64,000 bases of DNA, taken from assembly GCA_013239625.1 (NCBI GenBank), contig MU053334.1, positions 1 to 64,000 of the forward strand, written 5' to 3'. This DNA is from Lama guanicoe. Lineage: Eukaryota. Positions 35,995 through 50,132 of this stretch are shown here, piece after piece (positions within the stretch are counted from its first letter, which is position 1; each line of letters opens with the position of its first letter). The translations under genes and the position numbers were made by a program. Below the pieces are notes generated by a model. It saw nothing but the letters and a program-made list of their open reading frames with translations, had not been told where the DNA came from and searched no databases.

Positions 35995-38900
35995 ATGGAC
36001 CAGGCCTGGGACAGAGGCCCTGGCCCTCAGCCAAGCACAACCAGGGTCCGAGTGCGGGAGCTGAGTTGGCAGGGCCTGCACAACCCCTGCCCCCGGAGCC
36101 AGGACCCAGGTGGCCATGGCGGGGACCACAGCAAGCAGCTGCTGGAGGAGTACCTGTCACCTGCCCGACTGGTGAGTGTAGGGGCTGGGGGCTGGGGCTC
36201 AGGCGTGGGGCTGGGGCTCAGGCGTGGGCCTGCGTGGCTGATGTCCCGGGGCTGCTATCCAGCCGGCCCTCTGTCCCCAGCCCTCGTGGCCTAGCCTGGC
36301 TGACAGATGCCCTCCACCCTCTCTGTCCCCTGCCCCTGCTCCACGCTCAGGGCCAATCCTGCGTGTTTGGTGGCGCAGACCTCTCCCAGGCACTCAGGCC
36401 ACAGAAGGGCCCGAGTCAGGCCCTTCCACAGATTTGCTGAGCACACACTGTGTGCGGAGCTCCAGGGGTCCCTCCTTGAACCATTTCATGACCCAGAGAG
36501 GAGGCCCCTCGTTCTCACGGGAGACAGGGTGATAGACCTTCAAAGTGTGCGGCCCACAGAGTGGATGAAGAACCCGGGCGGGAGTCCACTGGGCAGGCAG
36601 GTCAGGTGGGGCATCCTGCCATCCCGCTGACCGTGTCTGGGGCAGCTGTTGAGGCCTCTCTCCGAAACCTGGGCCTCAGGGCCGCTGCCGCTCCCCCACC
36701 CTCACCTTGAGACCCAGCAGGTTCTGCAGAGACCTCTTGTCTGCAGGTTCCCACCCAGTGACCCCAGCGTGCGACCCCACACCTCCCAGCCATCTCACCC
36801 CCTCCCTACTGGCTGAGCCCCTTGCCGCCACTGGCCACGCAGAGGGTTGGGCAACCCCTACCACGGAGCCCTCCAGCCTGCACCCACGCTAGCGCCGGGG
36901 TGAGATGCATATGGGGAGGGGCCTCTTGGAGACTCCAGGTGACTCACCCAAACACTTGGCTGAAGGTAGTGGCCCGACATCCCTACCCACCTTCCTGACC
37001 AACATGGAGAAGCATCCTCACTGTCTGGTCACTGCAGGTGGGCGAGTCATTCCTGCTGGCCCCCCTCCCTGTGCCTCTGGCAGCCCCGTGTGTGCAGCCC
37101 TCCAGCCGGGCCTACAGTGTATGCACCTCCCCAGGTCCCTGTGCTGGGAACACACCCTGACTGCAGCCACTCTGTCGGCCCTGGGCCCTCCTCCTTCTCC
37201 CCAGCTCTTTGCTGGAGAGAGCCCGATGGCCACGGTCAGCCTCAGGCCAGGCCATGGCACTCTGTCTGTCAACAGTCCGGAGCCACACATGCTTTCTAAT
37301 GTGTGTGAGTCTGGGGCACGCCACGCCAAGAACCACACCTGTGGTTGTTTCTGAAAGCATTTCTCCCCTCCCAGAGCCTCGCGCTTGTGGCGGGCACACA
37401 GCAGTCTGGCTTCTCCTGGAGGCTGTCTTCCTGGGTCATTCTAACTTCAAGCCCTGGTAGTTTTTTCTTTTACTGATTTGAGCGAAGAAAGCATTTTATT
37501 GTTCAAGCCCACAAGTTCCACAGGTCCTGGGCCCTCTCCATCCCCTCTGAACTCTGTCTCCTATAGCACCTCATCAACACACTTCACCGCGGCCAGCTCA
37601 CTGCCACATCTTGCTTAGGACTTCTCCACCCAGTGCCACAAGTTCACTGTGTGCTTTTTCTACCATCCAGGTTACTAAGGAGACCCTTCTACCAAAATTC
37701 CATCATCATGGGACAGGGGGTCTCCATCTTTCTGGCTCCAGTAACACTCACGTCACTCCCCACTCCTGACCCCAGTCCCCAATCCAAGGTCACATTCATT
37801 TTTCTTGTTGTGGTACCTGTTGGAATTGCGTCTAGGTCCCGAGTTTTGTATGAGTCAGCTATTGCTGCAGTGATGTTAGTGACCAACAACCCCTAGATTT
37901 ATGGGCTCACAGCACAAGTATACTTGTCCCTGGGGTTGAGGCAGGCTGGGGCGCAGCCATGCTCAGCAGAGCTGGGCTCCAAGCTGTGAACTGCACTGGG
38001 TCTGTTCCGTGGGGCGCATGTGTACACTGACACCCTCAGGGCAGGCCCTTAGCTGGCAGTGGCCCCACTGGGCATACATGATTGTGACCTCTGCTCCCAC
38101 CACATCACGCATATCCCCCAGCCAGAGCTAGTCCTGGCCAGGGTCAGTGTGGGCGAGGCAAGGGAGTGTCTGCCACCTGCTCCAGTCTTGTGGCCCAAAA
38201 CAGGGGTGTCCCTGTGGGTGGAGGGGTGACCACTGTCCAGTCCCGGAACTGACTGCCCCCCGACATCCGCAGCACGCCCTGGCTCAGGCAGATGACCTTG
38301 GGCTGGTGAGCAGGCTGGAGCTGCGTGTCGACACCCGGGAGAACAGCCTGGGGAACTTTGGTGAGAGCCCCGCCCTGCCTGCACCCACCACCATCCAGGC
38401 CAGACCGCGCAGGCCCCCCGCCAGGCCCTGGTCTTTGGACCGCTGCAGCCCTCCTCCAGGGACTGAGGACTCTGCCTCAGTGCCCTGTACTCCACGGGAG
38501 GCAGTGACTAAGAAACCTCCTTGGTTGCACAGGATGCTGGCTGGGGGCTCCCGAGCTCTAGACCCCAGTGTGTGAGCTGATGGAGGCTGTGGTCTGGGGT
38601 GCCAGCAGTGCTTGTGGCCCCGCCGTGGGAGGTGGCCTGGGAGCAGGACCCAAGCTCTGGCCACGTCTACGCCAGCCAGGCTCCCCTCTCCCCTGGAGTC
38701 CAGTGGCCTCGTGGCCTTGGGCGTGGCCCTGTCCTCTTGGGGCACCTTCTGCCCCTGCCCTGCATGACATAAGCCTGTGTCCCCAAGGCTGCACTGGGCT
38801 TTGGGGCAGCCATCGGACAGCAGGGGCTGGGGCAGGCCTGCACTGACCTCTCCTTCCTGTGGCCCCACAGGGCTGCACCTGCCCAACCTCAGCCAACTGA

Positions 38901-41900
38901 AGTTGAATGGCAGCTGCCTCGGCTCCTTGCGGTGAGTGCCCTCAGGGCCCCTGGAGCGCATCCTGCCTGCCTGGGTGGGGTCTCCCTGGGCAGCCTGCTG
39001 GCTCCAGCTCCCAGCCCTAACGCCCACCCTCCTAGCCCGGCTCTGCCACATCATCCACCCCCGGTCAGCTGGAGGCAGCTGCCGAGGGTGACGCATGCCA
39101 CTTGGGGCCTGTGGTCAGGGTTGGGCTGGTCACAGCAGGCTGTGTAGCTGACCAGGTCTCCAAGGAGCACCCGGAAGGCGCCCACTGGCCTTCAGCAAAG
39201 GGTCCCCAACCAGCGAGCTTGCACGGCTCAACACCAGCGGGTTCCAGGCGTCCCTGCTTCCCTCACCACAGCCCAGGGTGGACCCCACACTGGGTGGCCG
39301 GGAGCTTAGGGGCCGAGCAGGTCCCCGTCAGCAAGAAGAGGGATGGGCAAGGCCAGACCGCGGGGCCCGTGTGAACACAGCAGCATGTCAATACTTAACC
39401 TAGAAGATGAAAGTCAAAACTCAGGACAGCTTAAGGCTTTTGTTTACTTGATCGGGCTGGAAAAACAAATCTGAGGTCATACCAGCTTGTTCTGGGTGTT
39501 TGAACAACATGGGTTTCAGGAAGACACTGCTGGTTTTATGCAGCCAGGCCAGCCATCCGAAGGCAGTGGGAGTCCAGTCCCAAGTCTAGAAAGTTCTCCA
39601 GGTGTTTTAAATGGGCTATGAGGGTCCAGTCATTTGCAGGTGAGATGGTAAAGGTAGTTTTTAAGCATCCTCACTTGATTTTCCTTATTTATACTGCTGT
39701 TTATCAAGTAATAAGCTTCAAAAAGAATTTAATAAAACCTGGAAAACCTGGAAATGGAAGAGGCTGTGTGGCCCCAGCGGGAGGCACAGAGTGGGGCAGG
39801 GATGAGGCAGGCGACACCGGCTCCCAGGGAACCCCGCATCCTGCAAGTAATCTGGCACTCGGAACCGTCTTTAGTACGTGATTCAGCAATATTCTGACAG
39901 ATATCAGTGCTTTATTTAATTGAACAGAGACAAAAAATCATGTTAACTCTTTCGTTATGAAGGCTTACAAATTAGCTCAAAGAACAATAAAAATATACAG
40001 AAAGATCATAAAACAAGGATGAAAACTACAGAGAGGAGCGGAAGGCGTTATAAAGGTAACATGACGCACCGTCCATGACAAACAAAATGCTTAATTCCAA
40101 GAAGACAGAAAGAAACCCAATTCCAAGAAAAAATTAGATCAGAAATTGTATGAAAAGGTATTCTGTTCCTTGAAAACAACAGTGAAACATAAGGAGTGTT
40201 TAAATTTTCTGTTATTGAATCCTGAAACTTGGCCAAATGATGGTTGCAGATCTCCAGGGATTGAAAGTGAATAAATATTTGTAAAAGGAACCTGATTAAA
40301 TATGATTAAATACGACAGTTCAATAAAGTCACATTACAACTTAGGTGATGACAATGATACTGAAGACATTAAAATCTCAGGCCGTGTTATACGGGCTGGA
40401 ACGTAATTTTAAGGTAATGGCTGTCAGTTCTTCAGAGTCTGGGAGAGAATTCAGCACCTGAAAGTGTCGCTGCCGTTAAGACTGTGTCCCGCTTGAAGGG
40501 GGCTGGTTCCCAGAGGGCTGCTCATCCACTGGGAGAAAGGCACCGACGGCCCTGGTGTCCCCGCCAAGCCAGCCTCGGACCAGACAGCCTTGACTCAGGA
40601 CAATCGTGTGGGGAAGACCACACTAACCATCTGGGAAACGCAACAGCTCATTTGGAAATTAACATACTTGAAGGGGCAGCTTTCACTACAGCGCGGCTGT
40701 GTGCGTGACCCCAGGTGCTGGTTTTCAGCTTGGTTCTGTCCTCTCCCTGTTCATGCCTCGGAGTTCTTTGTAGAGCCGGGGTGCATTTTAGACCCCATAG
40801 GCCTCTCCACCCCACCTTCCCCCGCTAACTCTGACCAGGGTGTTTTTCACTAAAACAGCGATCCCTCGTTTGCACTGTTCCAATCCATCCGTTCTGGCTG
40901 GTGCTTTGGGTGTTTTTTAGGACGTTGGTCTACACCCCCAAGGTCTTGGGGATACTCTGCTTTTTCTTTTGTCTGCTTGTGGTCTCACTGTTTACTTTTG
41001 GGTCTTTAATCCAGCTTCTCTGTGAGGTTGCTGCCACACAGAGAACAGGTTATGGTACCAGACTGGGGCCCCGTTGTGTTTTCCACTATGTGGTGAGGCG
41101 GTGTTCCCGACCTCCTCCACCGGCGGTCCACCGGCGTCCTCTGGGCCATTCTCCAGGCCCACGCGGGTACGCCCGCGTGTTCCCCGCTCTCTGTCTGCAG
41201 CCTGCACTCGTGCAGCTCTGCGCTAATGTGTGAGTATCTGACACCTCATCTTGGTTTTCCTTTTTCCACACTGACTCAGCTATTTCTGAGCACTTGCATT
41301 TGAGTTTTGCAATCAGTTTTTTTGGATTTCACACACCCTACTCCTGGAATTTTTTTTTAATTAAAAAAGATTCATATGCTAATTTGGGTTAATTTTTAAG
41401 TTACATACATCCACAAATATGGTATAGCTCTCGATTCTGTGTTCTTTTATGTTTTGAATAGAGCCTTTAGACTCCCTCTGTAAAGTTCGTTATCAGAATG
41501 CTGTCAGCTGCAAGGCGCAGAAGCCTGTGTCCAGCTGGCCCCAGCAGCAAGGGGTTATTCCTCCCTTTTGTGGGCACACACCTGGGCCAAGCCCATTCTA
41601 ACCACGGAGGATACATCAGTGACCAGAACAGGTGAGAACCCCGTCTCCGGGACAGTCAAGGAGCCCGGCTCCCAGGGCCAGTCCCCTCGCATGCTCGGCA
41701 TGGCTACAGCCATGTTGGCAGGCCGAGGAGTGTGTCAGTCCTCTAGAGTTGCTGAACAAAGCACCACGAACCAAGCGGCTTGAACTGACTCTTCAGTTCT
41801 GGAGGCCGCAAGGCAGGATCTGGGGTCAGAAGCGCTGGTTCCCTCTGCGGCTGAGGGAGTCCTGTTTCATTCCCCTCTCCTTGGGCGGTGCTGGCCACGT

Positions 41901-44900
41901 TTGGGGTTCCTTGCCTGGCAGACTCATCACCCCAGGCTCTGCCTCCACGCTCATGTGGCCTTCTCCCCATGTCCAAATTCTCTGTTTATAAGCTCACCAG
42001 TCGTACTGGGTGGTGTGACTGCATCTTACATAGTTATGTCTGCAGAGGCTAAATTAACTCCCACCTGTTTGTAGTAGCTCTGCAATCACGCATGGAGCCC
42101 TGTCTCTGTTGTGTTTTCCGGCTGAGTATTGCCCGTGAAGAGAAGCATTCTGCTGGTTTAGAATAGATGTGTTAAATCAGGAAGACACCACTGACCTGGG
42201 TAACTGGGTCTGTCACCTCTGACAGCTCTGTCCCTTTACTGTGCATTTGTGATACCGCCAAGCTCACAGTAATTCAGGTGATCGGTCGATCCCACTGGGG
42301 CTTCTGTGCTGACGGCCGTACCATCAGCAAGCAGTGGGCACTGCCATTCGCTCTGCTCCCCCGCTGCTTTCCGCCCTATGCCTGGCCAGGGCCGTTGGCC
42401 AGCCCGCTGTTAACCAGCAGCAGTGACAGTGGCAGGCAGGCTTGCTTTGCTCCTGACCTTGGTGGGCACGTGTCTGAGTCCCTGTGTGTCTACTGACATG
42501 ACCATAAAATGACACTTCTCCTTTGGCCCATTAACCAACTAGACTCCAGTGACGGATTCTGTGATGGTCATTCACCCTTCCATTCCTGCACTGACATACC
42601 TGCTGGTGATGAAGTATTTAAAAAATCACTGTAACTTTAAAATAGTATTTGCTCAGCAGTTGTCACCTGTTTTCTTGGGTGACAGCCCTTGAATTCCCTC
42701 GTTTGCACTTCTCTGGTTCTGGAATCGAGGACCGACTCAAAAGGGACCCTCCCTCTGACTGTTCTCAACTGCTGAGTTGTCTGACGCTCCCTGCACAAGA
42801 AATGACTGTAGGAGACAGAGTGTCTATTCCATGATCAAACTTCCTTTTAAAACTGGCCCAGACCTGTGGGCTTGGCGGCGTGGGGAGTGTTCATCTCCGT
42901 TTGATTTCTTTAGTGGCTATTAGCCCAGTCGAAGTTTTCTCTTTTGGTGCCAGCTTGCCTGGGTTTTCCAGACGGTGGGCACATAGTTGTTCATAGTGGT
43001 CTTTTGTTGTCTTAAATTGCTGCTGTGGCCCTAAGTGTTCCCCTTCTTAAATTCCATGTGTTTATGCATGTCGTCTTTGTTTTTATCCCTGAGCAGTCTT
43101 GCCAGAGGATCCTCTATCAATTTGGTAGAGTCGCTCTGGGCCCTTTGATTTTTCCAGCTCCTACTGCTTTCATTCTGATCTTCATCAAGTCTTTCCTTCT
43201 AGCTCTTTTTGTTATTCACTGTTCTTTTTCTGGCCCCCGGAGCTGAATGCTGAGCTTCATTGTTCTAATCCTTCCAGTGTTCCGGTTAATATATTCAAAA
43301 TCTAACTTTCTGTGTACAGCCTCAGGCAGGGTCCCAGAGATTGTATGTGCTTTGTTTTTCTCATTAGTTGTATGTATCTGGTAACTTTTTTACTCAATCT
43401 GCGATGATGCAAAATCTACTGATCATCTGCACCTTTATTCTTCTACCGTAATTGGGTCCCCGTTTTCCGAGGGCACAAAGCCACCCAGAGGAAGCCTGGG
43501 GCTCCCGGCCAGGCAGCCAGGTCCAGGCCGGCTCTCAGGCTGAACCACAGGCCACAGGCAGGACAAGGGACGGGACTCTGGACGACATGGAATCAAACAA
43601 GAGGACCGTCAGGGAAATGAAGACAAGCTTGAAAGAAATACCACAGGAAACCCCATCTGAGACACCGTGGGCAAGACGGGCGTGAAAACATGAGTAAAAC
43701 CACGTGGCTGCGAATGGGGTTTGAAAAAATCCCGGAGAAGGCAGACAGACGGAGGCACGTGCCTCGTCTCTGCAGAAGCAAGCAGAAACGACAGATCAGA
43801 ACCAATGTCTAAAACGTAAAGAAAACTTGTCGGACATAAAAGCAGCCTTTCATCTACAGACCGAAAGAAAACTGAAACTGAACCGCCAACACTGAAACAT
43901 ACCCTAATAAAGGCACTGGGCTCCAAGATGAAGACAAAACTGGGGGGCAGCCAAGTAAACAGATCAGGTCTTCCCTTACGCAGAAAAAAATGAAGTTCCC
44001 CTCAGACTTCCACACAGACATACTCAAGGCCAGAAGACAGTGGAGTGACAGTGGGAAGAAGGCGTGAGCCGAAGGTTTCCCACCAGCCGGCATCCCGGAA
44101 AGCGTCAGAGGCGGGGAAGACAGTTGATTCGCCCCTCTTAAGGAAATCACCGGACACAAATTTCAGCCACTTAAGAGGTGATTGGAAAATCCCTTTAAGG
44201 CAGCAGACGGGGCTACACCTGGAATCTCTGTAACTAAAGGACAAAGGTTAAGGCAAAGGTAGAGATTGCAGAGCAGAACAAAACCTGGAAACACAGAGCG
44301 CAGGTTAAGTGGTGGATGAGACATAACTGAAGGGGAATTTGCGAACCAGATGAATGGAAGGATTCACCAGGCCATGCAGAAATGTGAAGCTGCCAGGAAC
44401 ACCTGAGAGGTGAGGGCCCCTCCGCGTGGACCAGGGAGGAGGCAGAGCCTTCCAAGCAGGAGGAAGGGAAAGTGCCAAATCCCCAGGTGCCAAAGTGTGG
44501 GTGTGATTCAGGGTCTCTGGGGGTCAGCACGGCTGGAGCCGGGCGGCAGAGGCAGGGTGGCCAGCACAGCAGAACCCATTTGGGGCCATGTGGGGTCCCT
44601 CACCACCTCCACCGACTGGTACCCCCAGGGAAGCCACCTCACCCCCTCATCGCTGTCCCCAGTTGCTCAGCGCTTCCAAGCAACATTTCAGACCCTCACT
44701 CCCAATCTGAGTGCCCGAGAAGCTGTCAACAGTATAATTAGAAATATTGCGGCACCTGTAGCATGAAAGGGACACGTCAAAGCAGACCCAAAGACCCCTG
44801 GGAGGAAAAAGACAATGCCGGGAGGGGAGTGCGGTCCGGGAGCCTTCAGTGAGAGTTCCAAGACGTGGAAGGAGATGTGGCTCCTCTGCCTCTTCAGACA

Positions 44901-47900
44901 AGAACAGCAGGCTATGAACAAAGGTCAGCGAGCAAGAAGGGCTCTGAGGAATTAAATGTGTGAAGGCCAACAAGAAAGTTACTAGCAGCGTTGGAAGACA
45001 GGGAACTCTCCCAGAAAGCAGGGGAAAGGCCGAGATGGAGATGGGAGGGAGAAGGGACGAGAGCAGGTCCTTCCCAGAGAACGTGGGATTGGCCAAGCTC
45101 CCGATGTGAGCACAGAGACCTAGAGGAGAGAAAACACAAAAGCCAAGCCCTCAGGAACATCCCAGAAGCCAGTGGACAGGACATGCTGTGGTGGGCTAGT
45201 GCCCTGACAGGAGAGGAGGGACGCCCAGGCTGAGAGGACCTTGTAGTGTCGGGCCTGGGGGCCCAGAGGGGTCGGGGGCAGGAGGCCTGCTGTTTTAGGG
45301 TGGGAAAGCCCCGGCCTGCCCCAGGGAAGGTGGCAGACACTAGTCCGGGGCACCGGCAGGTGGCGGGGGAGAGCCTGCAGGCACAGCTGGGCAGGGGGAG
45401 GGCCGGGGGAGAGGGGAAGGAAGGACACCCTGGCTGACCGCCCCCCCCCAGGAAGGGGACGCCTCACCCACCCCCTCAGAAGCAGGCAGTAGCTCTCTGG
45501 CACCAGGGCAGCTCCCCACAGCTGTGGCCGGCCCCAGCCCCCCAGGGGGTGGACAAGATAAAGGAACTTCTGCCCCTGCCCAAGGCCAGGCGGCTGCAGC
45601 AAGGAGGGAAGGCAGGGAGCAGGAACTCCGCCACAAACCAGTCGCAGAGCCCCTGGGCCTGGAGACAGCCGATGTGGGTGGTGGATGGGCTCAGACGTGG
45701 CACAAGGCCTTCATGTCCACAGTTGCCCGTCCCTCCACCCAGGACGGCACTGACCAGCCAACCCTGCCCTCTGCAGAGACCTGGGCACCTCCCTGGGCCG
45801 CCTGCAGGTGCTGTGGCTGGCTCGCTGTGGCCTGGCCGACCTGGATGGCGTCAGCTCCTTCCCGGCCCTCAAGGTGGGTCTGCAGCACCGTGGGCTGGGG
45901 GGCGGTACCAGGCCAGGCCCTGCCCCCTGCCTGGCTGAGGACCCCGTCCTGCCCCAGGAACTCTACATTTCCTACAACGACATCTCGGACCTGAGCCCGC
46001 TGTGCCTGCTCGAACAGCTGGAGGTGCTGGACCTGGAGGGCAACTGCGTGGAGGACCTGGGCCAGCTGTGCTACCTGCAGCTGTGCCCGAGGCTGGCCAC
46101 GCTCACCCTGGAGGGCAACCCCGTGTGCCTGCAGCCGGGCCCAGGCTCCTCCAACGAGGTGTGCGCACACAGGACGGGGCAGGGCTCTGTGGCTCCAGCC
46201 CGGGGCCCTCCCGTGGACCCCCGTGGCCCCGGGGACCTCTTTGCCCATCTGACCCCGTGGCACACCCCCAGGGCACGCCCTCCTGCACCCTATGGCTCAT
46301 TTACTGTGAGCTCATTCTCCCGTGTTGCTGGAGGCCCGGCAGCTGCCAGGAAGGGACTACAAAGGGCATGCCAGGCCCCTGAGGTCTGTGCACGTGCCAG
46401 TGGAAGCACATGTATTCTCTACGGTCTCCACACAGAGTTGTGTACACAAATACATACTCTCATACACACACTCTGCAGACCCCGTCAGAGCCCCCCATCC
46501 CCTGCAGAAATGCACTGATGTGTCGAGGGCCTGTTCACACCCCCCACCGCTGCACGCACCCCTGCACTGCTCACACATGCCTGGAGATAACACATCCTGC
46601 CCAGCTGCTCCCCGGTGCCAGTGCAGAGTGGCCGCCCACTGGGCCAGAGCTCAGAGCTCAGGGCAGCTCCACAGTCCAGAGGGCACCCCTGGACCCTGGC
46701 AGTGAGCCTGGAGAGTGAGGTCATCTATGGGTGGGAGCCCAGGGTTGCTGCGGTCCCTGGTGTCCCAAAGTGACCCAGGCCAGCCTGACAGCCTGTCCAG
46801 AATGGGGCAGCATCAGCAGCCCCCAGCTCCCCTGCCCACAGTGGGTCTGGGGGAGGCGGCTGCAGGATGATGCTAGCCTGGTGGCCCCCCTCCCTGACAC
46901 TACAGGCGCCCCAGGGCTACGACTACCGGGCAGAGGTGAGGCAGCTTATCCCCCAGCTGCAGGTCTTGGACGAGGTGCCAGCCGTGCACCCAAGCCTGCC
47001 GACCTCGTGGAAACTGGACAAGGACTGGCTCATGGTGAAGGAGGCCATCAAGGAGGGCAGCGCCCTGGACAGCCTGCTTCCCAGGCTGGTTGCGGCCACC
47101 ATCCACCTGGCCTCCGGTGAGGGCTGCCCCACCCTGCCTAGAGACCTCACCTCTGAGGCTCAGAGGAGGTCCCTACTCCCTGACACCCCCAGCAGGAGAG
47201 GTCTCCACCCTCAGCCACTACCCCCTCTCCCCGCCACAGGCCTCTCAGAGACAGCTGCACCTTCTGTCCCTTCTGAGCTTTAGCCCCTCATCCTCAGAGC
47301 CCTGCACACCTGCCCTGGGGCCAGGACAGCCTCCCCATTAGCCGCACCTGGTGGGTGCCTCCCCCACCATCCAAAGAGGGAAAGGAAGGCTGAACCTGCT
47401 GCTCCATGGCACTGGGCTTGGGGCACACAGATGCTGGGTGGCAGAGTCCCTGCTCTGTGGACAGAGGTCAGTTGGGGGCTCCCAGGCTGGCCAGCTGGTG
47501 TGGGCCTTGGTGACCTTTGATTTTCTCCCTTGGGCAGATCATCCCTACGGATCCCCCAGTCGAAGACTCGGCCCTGAGCCGTGCCTGCCTGAGATCCAGC
47601 CCTGGGCCCCGAGGCCCTGGCCCCTCTCTCTGCTGGTCCCTGGGGGTCCCCTGCCTGAAGACCTTCTTCCCAAGAGCGAGGCCCCAGAGGACCATGCCAG
47701 CAACCTTACCCACGGTATCTGACCCACCTGGGCCCAAAGCTGACCCTGGAGCCCCTCGGCCCCAAGCCAGGACTAGCCACACCCTCTTCTCCAGGCACCG
47801 GCCGAGTCCTCTGCGGGAACCCCAGCAAAGGCCTGCAGGAACACCGGCACCAGGGCCAGGTACACCCTGCCTCCGCAGTGGGCCAGCATCCTGGGCCTGG

Positions 47901-50132
47901 GCCCCCAGCTCCTCACACCCTCTACAGCTGAATAAGGCCTTCTACCTCCAAGCCACTGCCCACCAGCCTCCTCAAAGGCAGTGCCCCTAAACCAGCTCTT
48001 TCCCTTCCCAGGCCCGGGTGCACCCAGAGAAGCTGCCCCCATGCAGGCCAGAAGGCCTAGCCACCAGGGCTTCCAGCCCAGCACCTGACCCTGCAGACAG
48101 TTGTGACCACCTGGCCAGGCTTCAGGCTTTGAGGGGGCTGTGTATGCGGTGGGTGCTCCTCACCATCCCCACCCCAGCCCCACTACCTCATGTGTCCTGT
48201 CTGGTCGGGGCTCATGGCTGGAACCTGCTTTGGCTAAGTGGTCCCTGGTCCCCCAGGTGGCTGGAGGGGCTGGTCATGGGAGCCTAAGACAAGGGACCAT
48301 CCCAGAGTCACACTCACTTGGAATTGGCTCCAAAGGAGGGCAGGGCTGCAGCCTTTACCCCTCCCCGCACCCCAGACCTCTCCCCCATAGGTGCCTGGAG
48401 TCCCAGAAGGCAGGGGCCACAGTTCCTGGGGGCCCACAGAGGGGCCCTGAAGAACAAGAGAACAAGGCTGGGCCCAAGACTCCCCCTCGCCCCTCAAGCC
48501 TGGGCACAGGTACCCAGAGTGACCTCACACCCTTCAGACCAGCTGCACTAACTCAGTGCCTCGCTAGCCAGGCTCTGACACAGGTGTTACAGGGAGGGCC
48601 TCTCTTGGGGGTGGAGGCGCACAACCAAGGGATTCCAATGCCAAGTCCTCCTCCTCTGAGCCATGGGACCACAAGGCCACTACTAGGCCACCAGGGCTGG
48701 GTCACAGAGAGGGAGGGAGAGGGCTCTCTGGAGAAGGGCAATGTAAGCAGAGGCCAGAGGGGCCCGGACTGAAAGAGGGTGCCACGAGGGCCCAGGACAG
48801 GCCCACTGGGAAGTTCTTGGGTGGGACAGAAGGCCAGCAAAGGGAAGGAGGCCGCCAGGCGGGCAGGAGACCAAGGCGGAGGGGCCACCCTTCTCCTGCA
48901 GACGGGGTCTGGGCCCAGCTTGGAACACAGAATTAAGCCAGGTGAGGCTGTCCCTCAGGGACACTGGCTTCAGAGTGACCATGGCTGAGTGGAGCAAGTG
49001 CAGGGGCTGTGAGGCAGAGAGACCCCTCACCCAGTGGGGCCCAGGGAGGCTTCCTGGAGGAAGGGTCTGACCTGACTGTCAGAACAGCTGGGTTGGCAAA
49101 CCTGGGGAGGTCTTTGTAAGCAGGGGCAGCAGGAGTGTAGGCTGAAGGCTTGGCCAAATGACCAACCTGTGGAGGGGGGCGTCAGGGGGCCAGGATGGAG
49201 CAGGGACAGGCCCAAGCTCTGCACATCCATGTGCCGCCTGGTGCCTTGGGGCCGGGCTGGAGAAAGGGGGCCCCGAGAACAGCTGGTTGAGAGGGGTCCA
49301 CAGCCAGCTACCCTGTGGAGGGTGGAGGGTGAGCCAACAGGCAGCCAGGAGGAGGCGTGGCTGAAGTAGTGACAGCCAGTGAGGGACGAGGGGCACCAGG
49401 GCCTCCTACTGCAGTCCAGGTCCAGGTGGGCACTGGGTGACCATGGCCATACCTACCTCGCCTGCCCTCAGGTGGGTACCAGGGCCTCATTCTCTATAGG
49501 AGACGTTTGGGAACTGGCCCAGGGCCACCAGCCCATGAGCACACCCTTGGGGATGGGGCCCAGTGACCCAAAGCCAGAGCCCAACCTTGTGGCCTCTGCC
49601 TCCCCAGAGGTGGGTCCAGCTCAAGCAAAGGTCAGAGGTCACAGGGCTGAGGGCCACAACTTCTCTGGGGAGTACAGGAAGTGGGGCAAGGGTGCTGCCT
49701 TGGGAAGGGGAGTGAAGGCCTAAGGGAGGAGCCACAGCAGACACTGCAGCCCTCTGGCCACCCCTATTATGATTCCCCGGGACCTCTTGTCTGACATGCT
49801 GTCTCTTTCCTTGTTTTCCAGAGCCTTCCAGGACCGTGGGGTACAACCTGATCCCCTCTCCCCCCAAGTCCCTCATGTCACCTGACAGGGGCAGCAGCTC
49901 CTTGGGGTCCACAGATCTGCAGTTCCGGGGGCGTCGGCTCAGAGCCCTGGGTAGCTTGGGGCCTGGACAGAGTGGGGGGCTTGGCCTGGGTCGGGGGCTG
50001 GCTGCAATGAGTGCTCTGAGAGCGCTGGAGGTGGCTTCAGGCTCCAGCCCTTCAGCCAAAGGACGTCCAGGCCCTAAGCCAGCACCAGATCCAGCAGCCA
50101 GACCCCCAGCCTCCAGTGCGTGTCGCACCTGA
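35995..50132 (+). CDS. LRRC56: Leucine-rich repeat-containing protein 56, 552 aa, 11 coding exons
   Basis: Exons 35995-36171, 38273-38360, 38871-38931, 45777-45873, 45958-46158, 46906-47116, 47538-47714, 47795-47859, 48012-48148, 48376-48509 and 49822-50132 total 1659 nt, phase-consistent and stop-free. Peptides VRVRELSWQGLHNPCP, LQVLWLARCGLADLDG, LEQLEVLDLEGN. Confidence 0.95.
37845..38000. mobile_element. MLT1-like (MaLR) LTR fragment
   Basis: TGTATGAGTCAGCTATTGCTGCAGTGATGTTAGTGACCAACAACCCC, a MLT1-type terminus. Confidence 0.45.
39900..44900. mobile_element. Patchwork of ancient LINE-1 fragments in the large LRRC56 intron
   Basis: AT-richer blocks with alternating A- and T-skew and L1-like motifs, e.g. 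TCAGACTTCCACACAG..AAGGCCAGAAGACAGTGGAG at ~44003. Boundaries are unresolved. Confidence 0.5.
41728..42050. mobile_element. MLT1-like (MaLR) LTR fragment
   Basis: CAGTTCTGGAGGCC..GCTGGTTCCCTCTG..CTCTGCCTCCA..ATGTGGCCTTCTC, characteristic MLT1 motifs. Confidence 0.6.
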
